Shown: positions 28,065 to 40,656 of the stretch, in pieces
How the letters are laid out: each line of letters opens with the position of its first letter
Position numbering within the stretch: the first letter of the stretch is position 1
NCBI GenBank assembly: GCA_002633005.1
Contig: NMRA01000007.1
Span: forward strand, 1,780,838-1,844,837
Source of the DNA: Phoronis australis
Lineage: Eukaryota; Animalia; Phoronida
Reading direction: 5' to 3'
Length of the DNA stretch: 64,000 nt
Notes under the pieces: model-generated
Seen by the model: the letters and a program-made list of their open reading frames with translations, nothing else
Told to the model about the DNA's origin: nothing
Database searches by the model: none
Position numbers and translations under genes: made by a program

Positions 28065-31000
28065 CTAAGAACCATCCACACTCTTATTTGTCCTCAGTTT
28101 CTTTTTAAATTTATCGTTTGATTCACTAACAAGACGATCAACATGCGTCAGAAGTTCTTCTTTAGATGCAGAATAGTGCGTCGACTTCCACACCTCCCTC
28201 AAACCTTGAAACACGTACTGAAATCCAGGACCTTTGGGTATTCCTATGTCCAACAAGTCGAACCCTCGGATAGGAAATATAGGTTCTTCCCAGAGTGTTA
28301 AATCCTCTAACAACTTTTTGTTTCCCCAGTACTTGAACAGTTCATACATCCGGCCCCTTAACTTGGCCTTACCCTCTCTACAGTCTAGCAACATGTCTTG
28401 GAAATATTTGAGTCGGTTCTCCTGGCTAGTTTCCCTTTCACTCAGAATCAAAAATCCTGTTTTAAGTTCTTCATTTGACACTTTCAGCCGTTGGTTTAAC
28501 GACACCAACTGGAAAAGAAAATCCACAGTTGCATTGCGTGGCCAACCTTGTCGTCATGTAAGTTCAAATTTACATATTAATTCAAGTCTCACCCCTGAAG
28601 GTGGGCCAGTCATCAGCACTCGTATCATCAATGGGATGGACAAACACTTGAAATATGTAGTTCTTTGACAAGACAAGGTGTAGTTCCAACTTAACTCTGT
28701 TCACATTCATTTCTTAGTACTTCTATTATTTGCTAACAAGGGTTGCATTCCGTAGACCAAAGACTTGCACTTGTGGCGAAAATTCTTCGCTTATGGAACG
28801 TTAACAGTGTCTGAATTCTATCGTATAATTTATGAATTCTATCCCATAATTCAACATTACAAACTCACTGACCAATCACAACAGTGGCCGCCATTTTACT
28901 AGGTTAGGCTAGTAAGGTCTGGAACATAGTCGTGAAACGCCTTTTACTCGTGTGATTTTGTGTAGTGATGCATGCTTCTTGTTAAAACTAGGTCTACCGA
29001 ACACATTCCAGACTCCCTTCCAGTACATAACCATCAAAACTTCCATGTGAAAGCACTGAACAGCAATAGCATGATTGTGTTGTGAACAACACAAGGCGTT
29101 ATGATCATTTACCCAGAGTGTCCAAAAGGTCTTGTTCAGACATGGTAAACCTACTGTCTCTCCAAATATTTCTCAAAGTCCGTAGCATTCTGGCAAAGTG
29201 CACTCCAGGCTCGTAGCCCAGTCAAACAAGTTTCTCACCAATGTCGGGAAACTTTGGAACGTTAACTTGTGAAAACTCGCCGAGAATATCCGGTAGACCT
29301 TTGTACATTAACAATTGACAAATGTTGTTTCTCTTGACGTCATCCTGACCGTGAGTATCACAGAATATGTTCAGGCAAATTCTGATTGGTTCAACTGTGA
29401 AATCAGTTGTTCGGTGTTTAACAATAAATAGTCCATGCTTCAATTCAATGTTGGATAATTTCAGCCGCTTGTAAAAAGTGTACATCTGTGAAAAATGTTA
29501 GAGTCTATTAGGCGACAAGAGCTGTGTTACTCCACTAAGCTATATAATACCCGCATTTTGTGTATAAAACAATGAATTCACCAAGATCTTTTCATTTACG
29601 GGATGTCAATATTCAAGCTGAAATTAAATTTTTCTTGATTCTCAAGATTGCAACATGAGCAATATTGGCAGTCATCACATTTCCCAATTCTTGCATCAGC
29701 AATCACAAAAAATAAATTTGACAGTTCATAAATTGACGAAAGTTTTTCATTTTGTGTCCCCATAATGTGTGACACAAAGGTGAACAATTCTTTGCAGTTG
29801 ATCGTAACTCTTGAATTAGGGACAGTTACTATAGCCTATTTCTGAAATTTGGTACGAGCTCTTACCTCGAGCAAAGTAATTAATTTTTCACTATACCAAA
29901 CTAGAGAATTTTTACCGTAACAAACTTTGAGTATATCACATCGATGCAATTCTTATCACTAGTGTTCTTCTGATAAAAAACTTGTGAGGGGACAGTTTAT
30001 TTTTTATTCACTGTCTGTACTTTCAGTCCAGCACCAACAACTTACAACAACTTGGGTCTTAGGGGGAAAGTTCTCCCTAAAATATCTTTCAACTTTGCAG
30101 ACTGTTATAAATCCATTGGCTGTTATCACAGTCAACTGTCTTTTTGAATTTGACTGGTTTTCATTGCTGGGGAATACCAAGATCATTGTCTATTGAGCTG
30201 ACCGCTGTTTAAGTAGACACAGCTTTACAAAGGCTTCATGATGGTGGCTGTGAAGAAAATTTTATTACCACCAACCTACAAGTTAACACCTCAAACTACT
30301 AGAACAGCCATTAAACGTAAACAATTGTTTTCTATTCTTGAGTAAACAATAATGACATCTTTGTAAATCTAGCCTACTTACATCCTCTTCATTTTTCAAC
30401 AAAGTACTCATCAAAGTCATCGGTAGTGGTTCCAGAGCTGACGCTAGCTTCCACACCGTATCAAACTCATCAACATCTGGATGTGTGGGTAAACCTGAAA
30501 ACAAATAACTCAGTTGGAAAATAGATGTTCCAGTGGTTCTTTTCCCAGTCAGGCTTCGGGATTCTTTTTAAAGTATGTAGTTATGTAAACAAGCCTGCAG
30601 GCAGCCAACCCTTGGTGCTAAAAAGTTAAAAGTCATTGAGGTTCATCTTAAATCATGGACCAAAGCTATATCTCTTAAAGCTATGTATGAATTTATCAAC
30701 TGTCTGTTCATTCAGCCAAATATCTACAAAAGCGTTGATTTGACAGAAAAAGTACTGGTATTTTCTGAAAGTATTAAGTCTGTAGAATTTGAATTTTGAA
30801 AAAAAACTGCCAGTAATTGGATCGCGAGACCATGTCTTTGTAGTAAAACTTAGCAAAAAGAAAAATACATTCACAGCAAAATAACAGAATCAAAATGGCC
30901 AAAAAACATTTGATACAAACTTTCAAGATAAAGTCTCAAAAACGCTGTTAGAGTTTTCTAAATTATCATGTCATTTCCATTTTATGCAATTTTGAATTTT

Positions 31001-34000
31001 GTTCATAAAAATTGCAAAAGCGGAACATTTTAAAACAGTTCCCAACAGCGTTTTGGAGAGCAGTGTAAGGAGCACAATATCTGAAAGTTTCATCAAAATC
31101 TAAGGTATCATGATCCAAAGTAAACCAAAATTGGACATTTTTGTAGAATCTTACATAACCTTAAAATATATTTTGTGAAAACCATATTTGATTTAGGGCT
31201 CTTCCAGCAAAATCTGTATGGGAGGGGGGGAAGGCACTTTTATTTCGTACCCACCGCCCATATTTTTCATTTATTTCTCCAACCAATGACCCATAAATTT
31301 TTAATTATTTTTAATAGGTTAAAATATAAAATCCAACACTTGCAAACAAATTGCCTTCAGGAGGACCTGTTAAGAACTTAGATGATTGACAGACAAGAAC
31401 TAGTTGTCTTGTCCAATATTGTCAAAAACTAAAGTAGCCTGTGAGCAATACTTTTGGCAGCCACCAGGTGTCTCTGTTCACCATGTGTCTATAATTTCAA
31501 TGAACATTTTTTNTAATTTTCATTCTAATACAATTGTACAACATGTGCCTGCAATCAAGTTGCCCATGACTTAAGTAATGGCATAGAGTACATGATGCAC
31601 TTTGTACACTAGCGACATGGGTTTTTTGTCTTGTTTTTTTTGGATATTTTTGGGTATCTGCCAAGTGAATTTTTGGTGAGTTAAGTTTTTTCAGAGGGTA
31701 TTGAGGTTGATTTTTGGCTGAAAATACACACCTGACACATTTAGGGGAAAAATAGCATTCATTTCTTTCAAGAAAGACCACCCATAATTAAAGTTTTCTT
31801 CAGAAGACAACCACCCATATATTTTTATTTCAACTACCACCCCCCCTCCCATATGCATTTTGCTGGCACAGCCCTAACAGCACATGATCAGAAGAATGAG
31901 AAATTAAAGTCCTAAGCCACCTGGCTATAATGTAAGAATAAAAATAAATGAGTGTATCTCCAGGGACTGGCAAAACAAGTGGTAGTGACAGCCTGAGATA
32001 CAGTTTCAAAGCTCAGAAGAGTTACCCAAGCCTACCTATGTATTGTGACAATCCAACTTCAGACATGGTGCGCACCAGACTGTTGGCATGGTTACCCACA
32101 ACAATTTTCTTAAGTTCCATCCATATCCTCTCCCCCGATATCCTTTTTAAGCCAGCAGCATTCTGTTGTATTGCACTCAGTGTGCTAGCCTCATGTGCAT
32201 TGGGTTTGTCAGATATGCGACCATAGAACCTTATAAGGAGACACAAAGAATACAGTATTTGAAATGTCAGTTGATTCATTGAAATCATAAGGCAAGTCAC
32301 TAAACATATCGAGGTGTTTAATGTCCTGAGCATTTCAGTACAGAAATACACTATCCACATTCAAAACTTAATGATGAAAGAGTTTCCATTTACATATTTC
32401 TTTATACTTTATTTTATAGTATTCATAAGCAAAAAACCCAATCTCACTGCAATTGCCAACACCATTAGAAAGACTGGCTACACAAATATTTGAATCAGTT
32501 ACCAAGTAGAAGTAGAAAACCAAATTTTAAACAAAGGAGATAGATTTCGCTATTTATTTCACATTAACAATTATTGAAAACTTTTAAAAAGCAGCAGGAA
32601 ATGACAGACCTAAAGTAACGTAAAATTCTCAAGTAGTCCTCTTGGATTCTGGAGGCAGCATCACCAACAAATCGCACCCTCTTCATTTCCAAATCTTCCT
32701 TTCCATTGAAATAATCGTAAAGGGTTCCGTCAAGTCCTACGTAACATGATAATCAAACAGCTACGAATAATACCTGCATGCAATGGTGTTCTATTCAGAC
32801 CCCAGTTCAATACAACTGTTATTGGCCTTTTGTTGTTTGTGCTGGAATCTCACGGTGATGCAACATGGCATGAAAAGGCAGCTTCACCTATCATTTGACA
32901 GGCTTACATTTGCATGATTGAACTCGCATTTTCTTATTTAACTAAAGCTTTACTAGGACTATCTGGTTAGCCCAATACATTTAAAATAACAAAATTCCAT
33001 TGAAGTTAGACTTTAAAAAGCATGTAAACAAAGGACCCGCATTGCTCAGATGAAACATGCAAACGCTGGAACATCATCAGAACATCTACACTGCTAAATA
33101 TTACATTACAAAAAGCAAATCAATAATGATACTTTTAAATCCCAAAACAGATTTACAGTCTTTGGTGGCAGGATAACTTAAAACATACAGTAAAGTACGT
33201 GTACCAGATACTATTAGAACAGGTTCACTCACCTAAAAACATCGAGTTCACCGTCAGATCTCTCCTGTTGGCGTCCAGCTGCCAGTCTCGTGTGAACTCA
33301 ACTTCTGCGTGTCGACCATCCGTCACCACATCTATACGAAGCGTTGTCACTTCAAAGTTTTCCTACATGTAAAAATGTGTATCAGTACAAAAAGTGTTAT
33401 CTTATTTTAAAAAGAGAACTTCTATCGAAGTGGCAATCAATCTGTTTCCTCCATCAAAAACAATTTTTGTTTTAGGCTATTTGCAGTAATAAAATTGGCT
33501 TCATGTTATTCGTTAAGACTGGTTAGAAATGATTTCTATGTTAGAGAATTGACAAATTGCAATAGGGCCGTCCTGGATTACACAGGGATAGAACTCTCCT
33601 TTGTCTGGGGATAAGAAAGCATGTGACTTAGTTTTGGAAATCAGGCACATTTTCATGTCTCTCATTGATGTCGGGAAGACAAAGAATTTCAGACTACCAT
33701 CCACCAGCATTTGTCCACTTTATCAAACTTTTTCAAGTCGGAGTTGCAGCCTTTAACACAGTAATAATACTCTGTTGGCATTGGAGGGACGAATAGAGTA
33801 ATGCAACCAAGAAAGAATGTTGATATTCTAACACTAGAATATGGCTTACAGTGGCTTAAATGTGGGCAATGGGCAATAACAGAGGTGATGCATTTTGAGA
33901 ACCAGTATGATGCTTGTTATTCAGTGGACTGAGAAAACTGGTTTTAAAAATGTGGGATCCCTGCAAGTGACTATTGCCTAAAAGTAATCGTTTATACACA

Positions 34001-35916
34001 GATAAATACTGCAATATTATACTAACCAATTCATTTCATAGATCACATTCCACTAAATATCATTAACGATATCCAATAACAAATGTATTGGTTAGGGTCA
34101 TTGTTCTTAAAACTCATGAACCCATGAAACTGTAAACCTTTCACATTCTTGATGATCACAGAAAATAGTGCTTACCTATTTGAAATCACATGACCCTATT
34201 AATTCTTTAAAAAATTACAATTCTTCAATGAGATCATTCCCAGATTTCAAAATTTGCATAAAAAGCTACAAATTCCATTTCTGGATGAGTTAGCTAAAGA
34301 AGTTGTCTGGCATAAACAATCAAGAGCTTATACTCTAAGAGCTAAGCTGTCAAAAACGAGAACTCAGTGTAATTCTCAGTAAATTTCCATTTTTCAAAAT
34401 CGTTACCAAACATGTTTTTGTGAATGTTTTACATTTTTTACCAAAATCCAAGAAGAGAATTTAAATATAGTACTGATATCATTGCTCATAAATCATCATA
34501 TGAATAGACTTTACCTTAGACAAACATTTGGATTTGAATGAAGCTTCATGCAGAGCTTTGGGCACTTAAATTGACATTTTCCGTGAAAATAAAAATCGAG
34601 GATTTAAAACTCTTGTTAGTTAGTTTAGCTTTGCTTATCTACTATTTTACATTATTCTTCTGGTGTTTGGAGAAGCAAAAGAATCTCAGTGAAAACAACT
34701 GTCCAAAATAGAGTAATGTTTTTTTTTGGAAGTGAATAGATTTAGTAAAAATCATGCCTCACACGGCAACATGGGATGTAAACTGCAAAGAACAGAAGAC
34801 AGTTTATCCATAAATGTCTGGAATAGTGTATTAAAACTCCAGCTTTACGGAGCAAGTTTTTATGTGGGATTACTCTGTTAACAAAAATGATTGCACAACT
34901 GATATCAAAAGAGTTTTTAATGAAACTGATGACAAAATGTGCCTCGATACAGATGAGTATTTTGTAATTTAAATCGCTCCAAGGGGTGATTATTAGCCCA
35001 ATTACATGCAAGGATATTACCGTTGCATGTGAAAACCGGATTACATGTAAACAAACCACTTGAAAGGAAGATCTGCCTCCCCATATCAACATTGAACATC
35101 TTAATTCTTAGGAAATACTGTCTAATAAGTAACCAACAAGTCCAGGTGGGTTGGGTACACCGATATTTTGTATTTATGGAACTGTAATTGTAAAATGTAT
35201 TAGTCATTATAATAATAAACGGATATCATATATACATACGAATACGGAAACAGAGTTTACAACCCTTGAACACAAATTAAGATTTTCATGAAACACCCCA
35301 TTTTTAAAATAAAACATGACAAAAAATGTCTGAGCATAATTTTTCAAAATGAGTTTCTGAAGTTACGAAAGGTTTTAAAAAATCATGCTTTCATGGGTTG
35401 ACAGCTATATTTAAAATCACAATTCAACATTATGAACATTGTTCATTAGGTACACTAGTACATAAAGCCTAAACTTTTTGTTACCTTATCATTTAGCCGA
35501 CATGTGATTGTTCCATGCTTTTCACCATTCATGTTCAACATGCGTATTTCCTCTTTCTCAAACATTTCTTTCATCTGTTCCGGTGTAGCAGTTGTGGCAA
35601 AGTCAATATCATGAGGAACCTTACCCGACAGAAGGTCACGCACTGCCCCACCTGCGATTCTAATCTCATAACCAAACTTAGTAAACAACTCATTGAGCTG
35701 GTTCAATTCAGGAGTAAACAACTGAAAAAATTCGGGTGTATTCAGCTTCATCGTTCGAAGGTGACCACTACGACGCAAGATAACAGGTCTTTTCACAGGC
35801 TTCGAAAGGTCTGTAGAATAACGTGGCAACTGTGAAATGTGCGGTTTTACCAATTTCGGCGTGAATATTTGTCGACAGGTCGAGTGAAATGTTCTTGAAA
35901 AATACTTAAGTATCAT
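28065..35916 (-). CDS. TRNT1: CCA tRNA nucleotidyltransferase 1 (class II CCA-adding enzyme)
   Basis: Exons (-): 35916-35485, 33362-33233, 32736-32610, 32229-32036, 30494-30382, then 28508-28065 (or alternative 29485-29105). Motifs [52 protein letters not shown] and SGERIW are intact. N-terminal 55 aa are R/K/S-rich, resembling a mitochondrial presequence. Confidence 0.95.
28741..28968 (-). repeat. Dispersed repeat, copy 1 (homologous to 40451-40656)
   Basis: Shared blocks in the same order: CAAAATCACACGAG, CTTACTAGC, AAAATGGC.GCCACTG, TGTTGAATTATGGGATA, TCGCCACA, GGTCTACGGAA. Confidence 0.8.
29105..29485 (-). CDS. TRNT1: TRNT1 proximal alternative terminal exon (paralogous body/tail segment) with in-frame TGA at 29224-29222; functional or pseudo-exon
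   Basis: Acceptor TTTTTCACAG|ATG, phase 0 as required by the preceding exon. Translation [74 protein letters not shown] is colinear with the TRNT1 C-terminus on both sides of the stop. Confidence 0.75.
31196..31874. mobile_element. MITE, PIF/Harbinger-like ends
   Basis: TIRs GGGCTCTTCCAGCAAAAT..ATGGGAGGGGGG / CCCCCCTCCCATAT..ATTTTGCTGGCACAGCCC, flanked by TTA and TAA; same ends as 45350-45915. Confidence 0.75.
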
Positions 35917-36553
35917 CAGGTCATCTGCAAATAAAAAGACAAGAGTTGATGAATACAAGGATAAAACTCTCCAAAACTCAATCTTAACAACATGCTTCAC
36001 CAATGTACCTAGTTATCGATGAAACGATTCTTGTTTTCAACACACAATGTAACAGTACTTGTTAATGTCACTGGTAGTACTAGTAATTGTATGAATATTT
36101 TAGGAATTGTTTTCTTTTACAAAAATGAGCGTGATACCTCGATTGATGTTAGCAAGTGTTCATTAGTCTCTGATACCTTAATAAAGAGGCATTTCTGAGA
36201 ATTTATTGCCATTGTAGTTATGCGCACAGCTTTCGATTGAGGTAATAGTAGTAGACTGGAGAGTGGAGTGGAGACCAGACCCAGGGCTGAGTTCAGTAAC
36301 ACTAGAGTCTTGCTAGAAAAGCAAGGATTCACGAGATTCCACAGGATATCGCCGTAGAAAGGGCATAATTTTCATAAGATTTTTGTTGTCGCAACACGAT
36401 TATCGCCAGACGGTCATTGACAGCTATCGTCAAGGTAAGTATCCATTGTGGAGTTGCTTGAACAGTGACAGTGTCAGTGATAGTGCGCGTACCAGTTGGT
36501 CCACCATGTATTTTCGGTGGTTAAGACGAGTCACAAAAGACCACCGTGCTTAC

Positions 36554-36996
36554 TTCTCACTCCAGCTTGTCGCTAAACTATCAGCTAGTATATATATTTT
36601 AGCTATACAACTACAACCTCTGGAATCTTCATTTCACTGCCCACCATGATAACAAAAACAAAACTAATGGGTTATTTACATAAATTGGTTTTAACGCTGC
36701 TGTTAAATAAACACGTTTTTCGTCAATATTCCTTGATGTTAATTCAAAGCAACATTACGAAGTTTCTTTTTAGTAATGAAAACATGTTCGAATGCATTGC
36801 AACGATCTTTTGCAAACACTATCCCTTTATTGAAATTCTCTGGTGATGTATCAAAACTTATGCTATGTATCTTCTTTTTCGTTATCTACTTCCGGTGATT
36901 GATTGGGGTTTGGTCGTTTGTGTTTTTTGATGGTGTCTTTCTTGTTCAATTGAAATCTGTGCGCATTACTAAATTGGCCACAGTAAATTCCCAGAA
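36554..36996. promoter_or_regulatory. Putative bidirectional promoter region TRNT1/ACTR10
   Basis: Head-to-head genes about 1.1 kb apart; ETS-type ACTTCCGGT (~36888), ATTGG boxes and TGCGCA (~36960); candidate TRNT1 non-coding exon-1 donor (GTAAGC on -, 36553-36548). Confidence 0.55.
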
Positions 36997-39900
36997 ATGC
37001 CACTTTATGAAGGTATTGGTTATGGGAGAGAAAAAGATTCTGTAATCCTTGACATTGGAGCGGCGTACACAAAATGCGGATTTGGTGGAGAGAATGGCCC
37101 TCGCTGCATCATCCCATCTGAGGTCAGGCGACCATCAACGGGGCGTGTTGTTAGACTAAGAGAAACATCTACAGAAGACCTTCATGATGTTTTAGTGGAC
37201 TTTCTTTATATTGTTTACTTCAGGTAATTTCTCAGTTTTTAGTGCATACATTATTTTGAAAAGCAGAAAGCTCAGCAAGTTCAGACCACACTGCACAGCC
37301 AAAGGCCGCTCTCATCAGCGGCTCGTGGTTATGTACTATAATGTTATAGCGTTATATAAGCGGCTGATTAGAAGTGCCTGTGTTCCGACTTACCGGTCAA
37401 TATTTTGTCCTTGTTGATGATTTTTGGTCCATTACTTTTGCAGATAAGTTCAAGTCAACCCTACTGATTCAATTTACTTGGCCACATGTTAAAAATTATC
37501 TGTTGACAAATACATTTTGTTGCGACTAAGGTATTTTTTTGTCAGGTGACCTATAATTTTCACATTTAGGACAAAAATAAAAGAGAGATAATTGCAATTT
37601 GTCTATGTATTTAAATCCAATCTATAAATAGCAGGTAACTATTTCCATACATATTGTATAGTATACTTCTTAATAATAAATTGTAAATTAGTTGAGCAGT
37701 TACATTACGCGTATATCACCTGTCTGCCTATGGCATCCGCAGGCAATGTATTGTCTACATATCATCATGATAATGAAAATTAGCTGGCTAGCTAGTTGTA
37801 GATGACATTATATCAAGATACTGGTAGGAATTGATGTTGAAACTCTATAGTGATGTATCCCACAATGACATTATAGCAAAATGTAAAGCGCCCGGCCATC
37901 CTTGTTTTTTTATAACCTCAGGATTCGAATGACTCCTGCCTTGTTTGTTACGGGCGTTTTAAAGAAACAGCCTGATAAATTCCTCTTACTTGTTTCTCAA
38001 TCCTTCTTTAGTAACCAGAAAAAATCAGGTACTTCTAAAACTTTTGAAAATTGATTGCCCTTGCCTGTGTTTTTGTTTTTCATGGAGTATTACAAATTAA
38101 GTTTTGGTTAATGTTATGCAATAAATATTATATTTTCATATCTTTTTTCATAATGTGTATTTCATGTTAAACTTATCAGATTTGAATTATATACCTAGAA
38201 CACAGGCATTTCATTAACTATTTAAAAATTCTGCAAAATCTCACAAGAATTATGATGATGTGTTTTTGTCGTATATAAAATTATGTTCAAGACACTTGAT
38301 TCACTAGGAATTTGTACTTAAAAACTGCTTGTCAGTCCTTCAATCTCTAATTGTAAAGTCATTGAATTCCCACCACTTGAGAATTTTTTCTTGCAAGTCT
38401 TCACCACTGTGATATAGTGTTATGTGCTTTTTGTTCTTTCTCAGACACTTGTTGGTGACTCCGACAGAGAGACGTGTAGTTATTTGCGAGTCTGTACTCA
38501 ACCCATCCGCCAATAGACAGACTCTTGCCAAGGTGCTCTTCAAGCATTACCAAGTTCCTTCAGTGGTATTCTGCCCCACTCACCTGTTAACGCTGTTTAC
38601 CTTGGGTGCCTCGTCGGCCCTCGTTATGGATTCTGGTTACACAGAGACATTTGTTCTGCCTGTGTATGAAGGTATGCCAATACTGAAAGCATGGCAAGCG
38701 TTGCCCTTAGCTGGAAAAGCACTTCATGATAACTTAAAAATCATGCTGTTGGAAGCTGCGACCATATCGACACAAAGGGAAGAGCAGCAGCCACTGTCGT
38801 CAGTAGGGGCATTTGTGGATGAAAAGGTGTTAGAGGACATTAAAGTCCGATGTTGTTTTGTAACAAAAATGGACAGAGCTAAACAAATACAACAAGCTAA
38901 GTTGGAAGAATCTGGCCTGATGCCAACTGAAGGAGGAGCTGAACGTCTGACGCCTCCACCAGATGTCGCCTATCCACTAGATGGCGGTAGGATCGTGCAT
39001 GTCAGTGGGAAGATTAGAGAGGAGACTTGCGAAGTGCTGTTCGAGCAAGACATGGAGGAGAAATCTTTAGCCACCCTCTTACTTGATGCTATACTGAAGG
39101 TTAGAGCTCAGGCTACTTATGAGTTTAGACAAAATTTGGTCTCACTTCACAGTTACTGAACAACAGTTTAGTCGTGTAATTATTATAACACCATAACCTA
39201 GAAATAATATATACTAATTACTTCCTATGTATGTATGCATGCATGCATGCGTGTATGTATGCATGTATGTATAACTAGAAGTTATCGGTATGTTCTCAGA
39301 GACTATGTATTTGATTATTTTTCAGAAATAGTTGTTTGAAGTGTAATACCAAATTTCTGACTCGCACTTTTCATGAAACAGGGCGTAGGTGTTTTTGTCT
39401 AAGGAATGTCATTAGAACTCTTCAAAGGGTTCCAGAGATTACATTGTACACTTCAAGGCAGTTACTCAGGTTGAGTGACAATTAGTGAAGATGACGCTAA
39501 TTGCACGATTCACGTACAGTAATAGACAATTTTTTCTGGGCACTTGTTTCTGAAGTTGGCAAGTATTAAACGCTTTAATTTATTAAAGCCAAAATCTGAA
39601 GTTTCCATATCACAATTATTAAAAGTGTTCAGTATACACCACAATGAAGCTTATGAACTGCTTTGTTCATAAATTCTAGTCTTGGTTTTAGTTCTCCGAT
39701 CATGTGTTAAATACAGTCAAACCACGAGTGTATTGCAAAGTGCTCATTGTTAATCTCTATTGGTGTGATTGCATCGGGCTCCAGTTACAACGAACGTTTT
39801 TGAAAAGTTCTGGGAGGGTTTGTTTTTACCAGGTCCAATTTTGTGTCAAAATATATAACATGTGCAGTTTATTCTGATTACTGGTGAGGATTGATTTGTG

Positions 39901-40279
39901 TTCTAACACGTCTGTTTGAACTGTTTTACAGTGCCCCATAGACATCAGGAAAACGCTCGCTGAGAACTTGGTCATTGTAGGAGGGACATCCATGCTTCCG
40001 GGATTCAAAGCCCGTCTCAAAGCTGAGATTTATGACCTGCTGGATAAACCGCAGTACAAAGACTGTCTGAAGTTGAAAGAAGTCAAATTTCACCAGCCTC
40101 CAGCCAAGGACAACTACACTGCTTGGCTTGGTGGAGCAATATTTGGTGCGCTGGAAGTATTGCCTAGTCGATCTGTCTCGCGAGAGAAGTACCTTCAGAC
40201 TGGAGTGATACCTGATTGGTCGTCGCTGTCTGGTGATGAAGCTGAGGAGGGTGAAAGTTCACCACTGAAATCAAGATAG
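36997..40279 (+). CDS. ACTR10: Actin-related protein 10 (dynactin Arp11 subunit)
   Basis: Exons 36997-37223, 38445-39099, 39932-40279 join in frame. Begins [41 protein letters not shown]; contains [42 protein letters not shown] and IPDW. Confidence 0.96.
39226..39272. repeat. (ATGT/ATGC)n microsatellite in ACTR10 intron 2
   Basis: TATGTATGTATGCATGCATGCATGCGTGTATGTATGCATGTATGTAT. Confidence 0.85.
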
Positions 40280-40450
40280 ACCAGGGGACATAACTTACGT
40301 GTGAATGTTTCGTGCTGCGATGGAGCTAATCAGTGAACATTGTCTGCTGAAATCTGGATAGTTTGGAGGCAGAGCTACAGTAAATGTTACCACAGAAGTG
40401 GAGCTGCGTTTTTAGATGCAAAAATTTAGCAAGTAAGCGAGATCATGCAT

Positions 40451-40656
40451 AGCCATGCAAAATCACACGAGAGAAAGGCGATTGTTTCGCGGATATACTT
40501 GGGAGCTTACTAGCGACCCTCACAAAATGGCCGCCACTGAAGTGGGTGAGGTTGAAGTGTTGAATTATGGGATACCAGTCACTGTTTCCATTTCATAAAC
40601 GAAGATTTCTCGCCACAGCTGAAGTGCAAGGATCTTGGGTCTACGGAACATAGCCC
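40451..40656 (+). repeat. Dispersed repeat, copy 2, just downstream of the ACTR10 stop
   Basis: Aligns with the reverse complement of 28741-28968. Confidence 0.8.

Noticed and set aside
28234-28668. 144-aa plus-strand ORF
   Set aside because: Antisense shadow of the TRNT1 distal exon.
29222-29224. Selenocysteine reading of the TRNT1 UGA
   Set aside because: The aligned residue is not Cys and no SECIS-like hairpin is evident downstream.
36425-36440. Plus-strand donor AAG|GTAAGT suggesting overlapping first exons of ACTR10 and TRNT1
   Set aside because: A single motif; promoter motifs cluster nearer 36880-36970; cannot be supported without transcripts.
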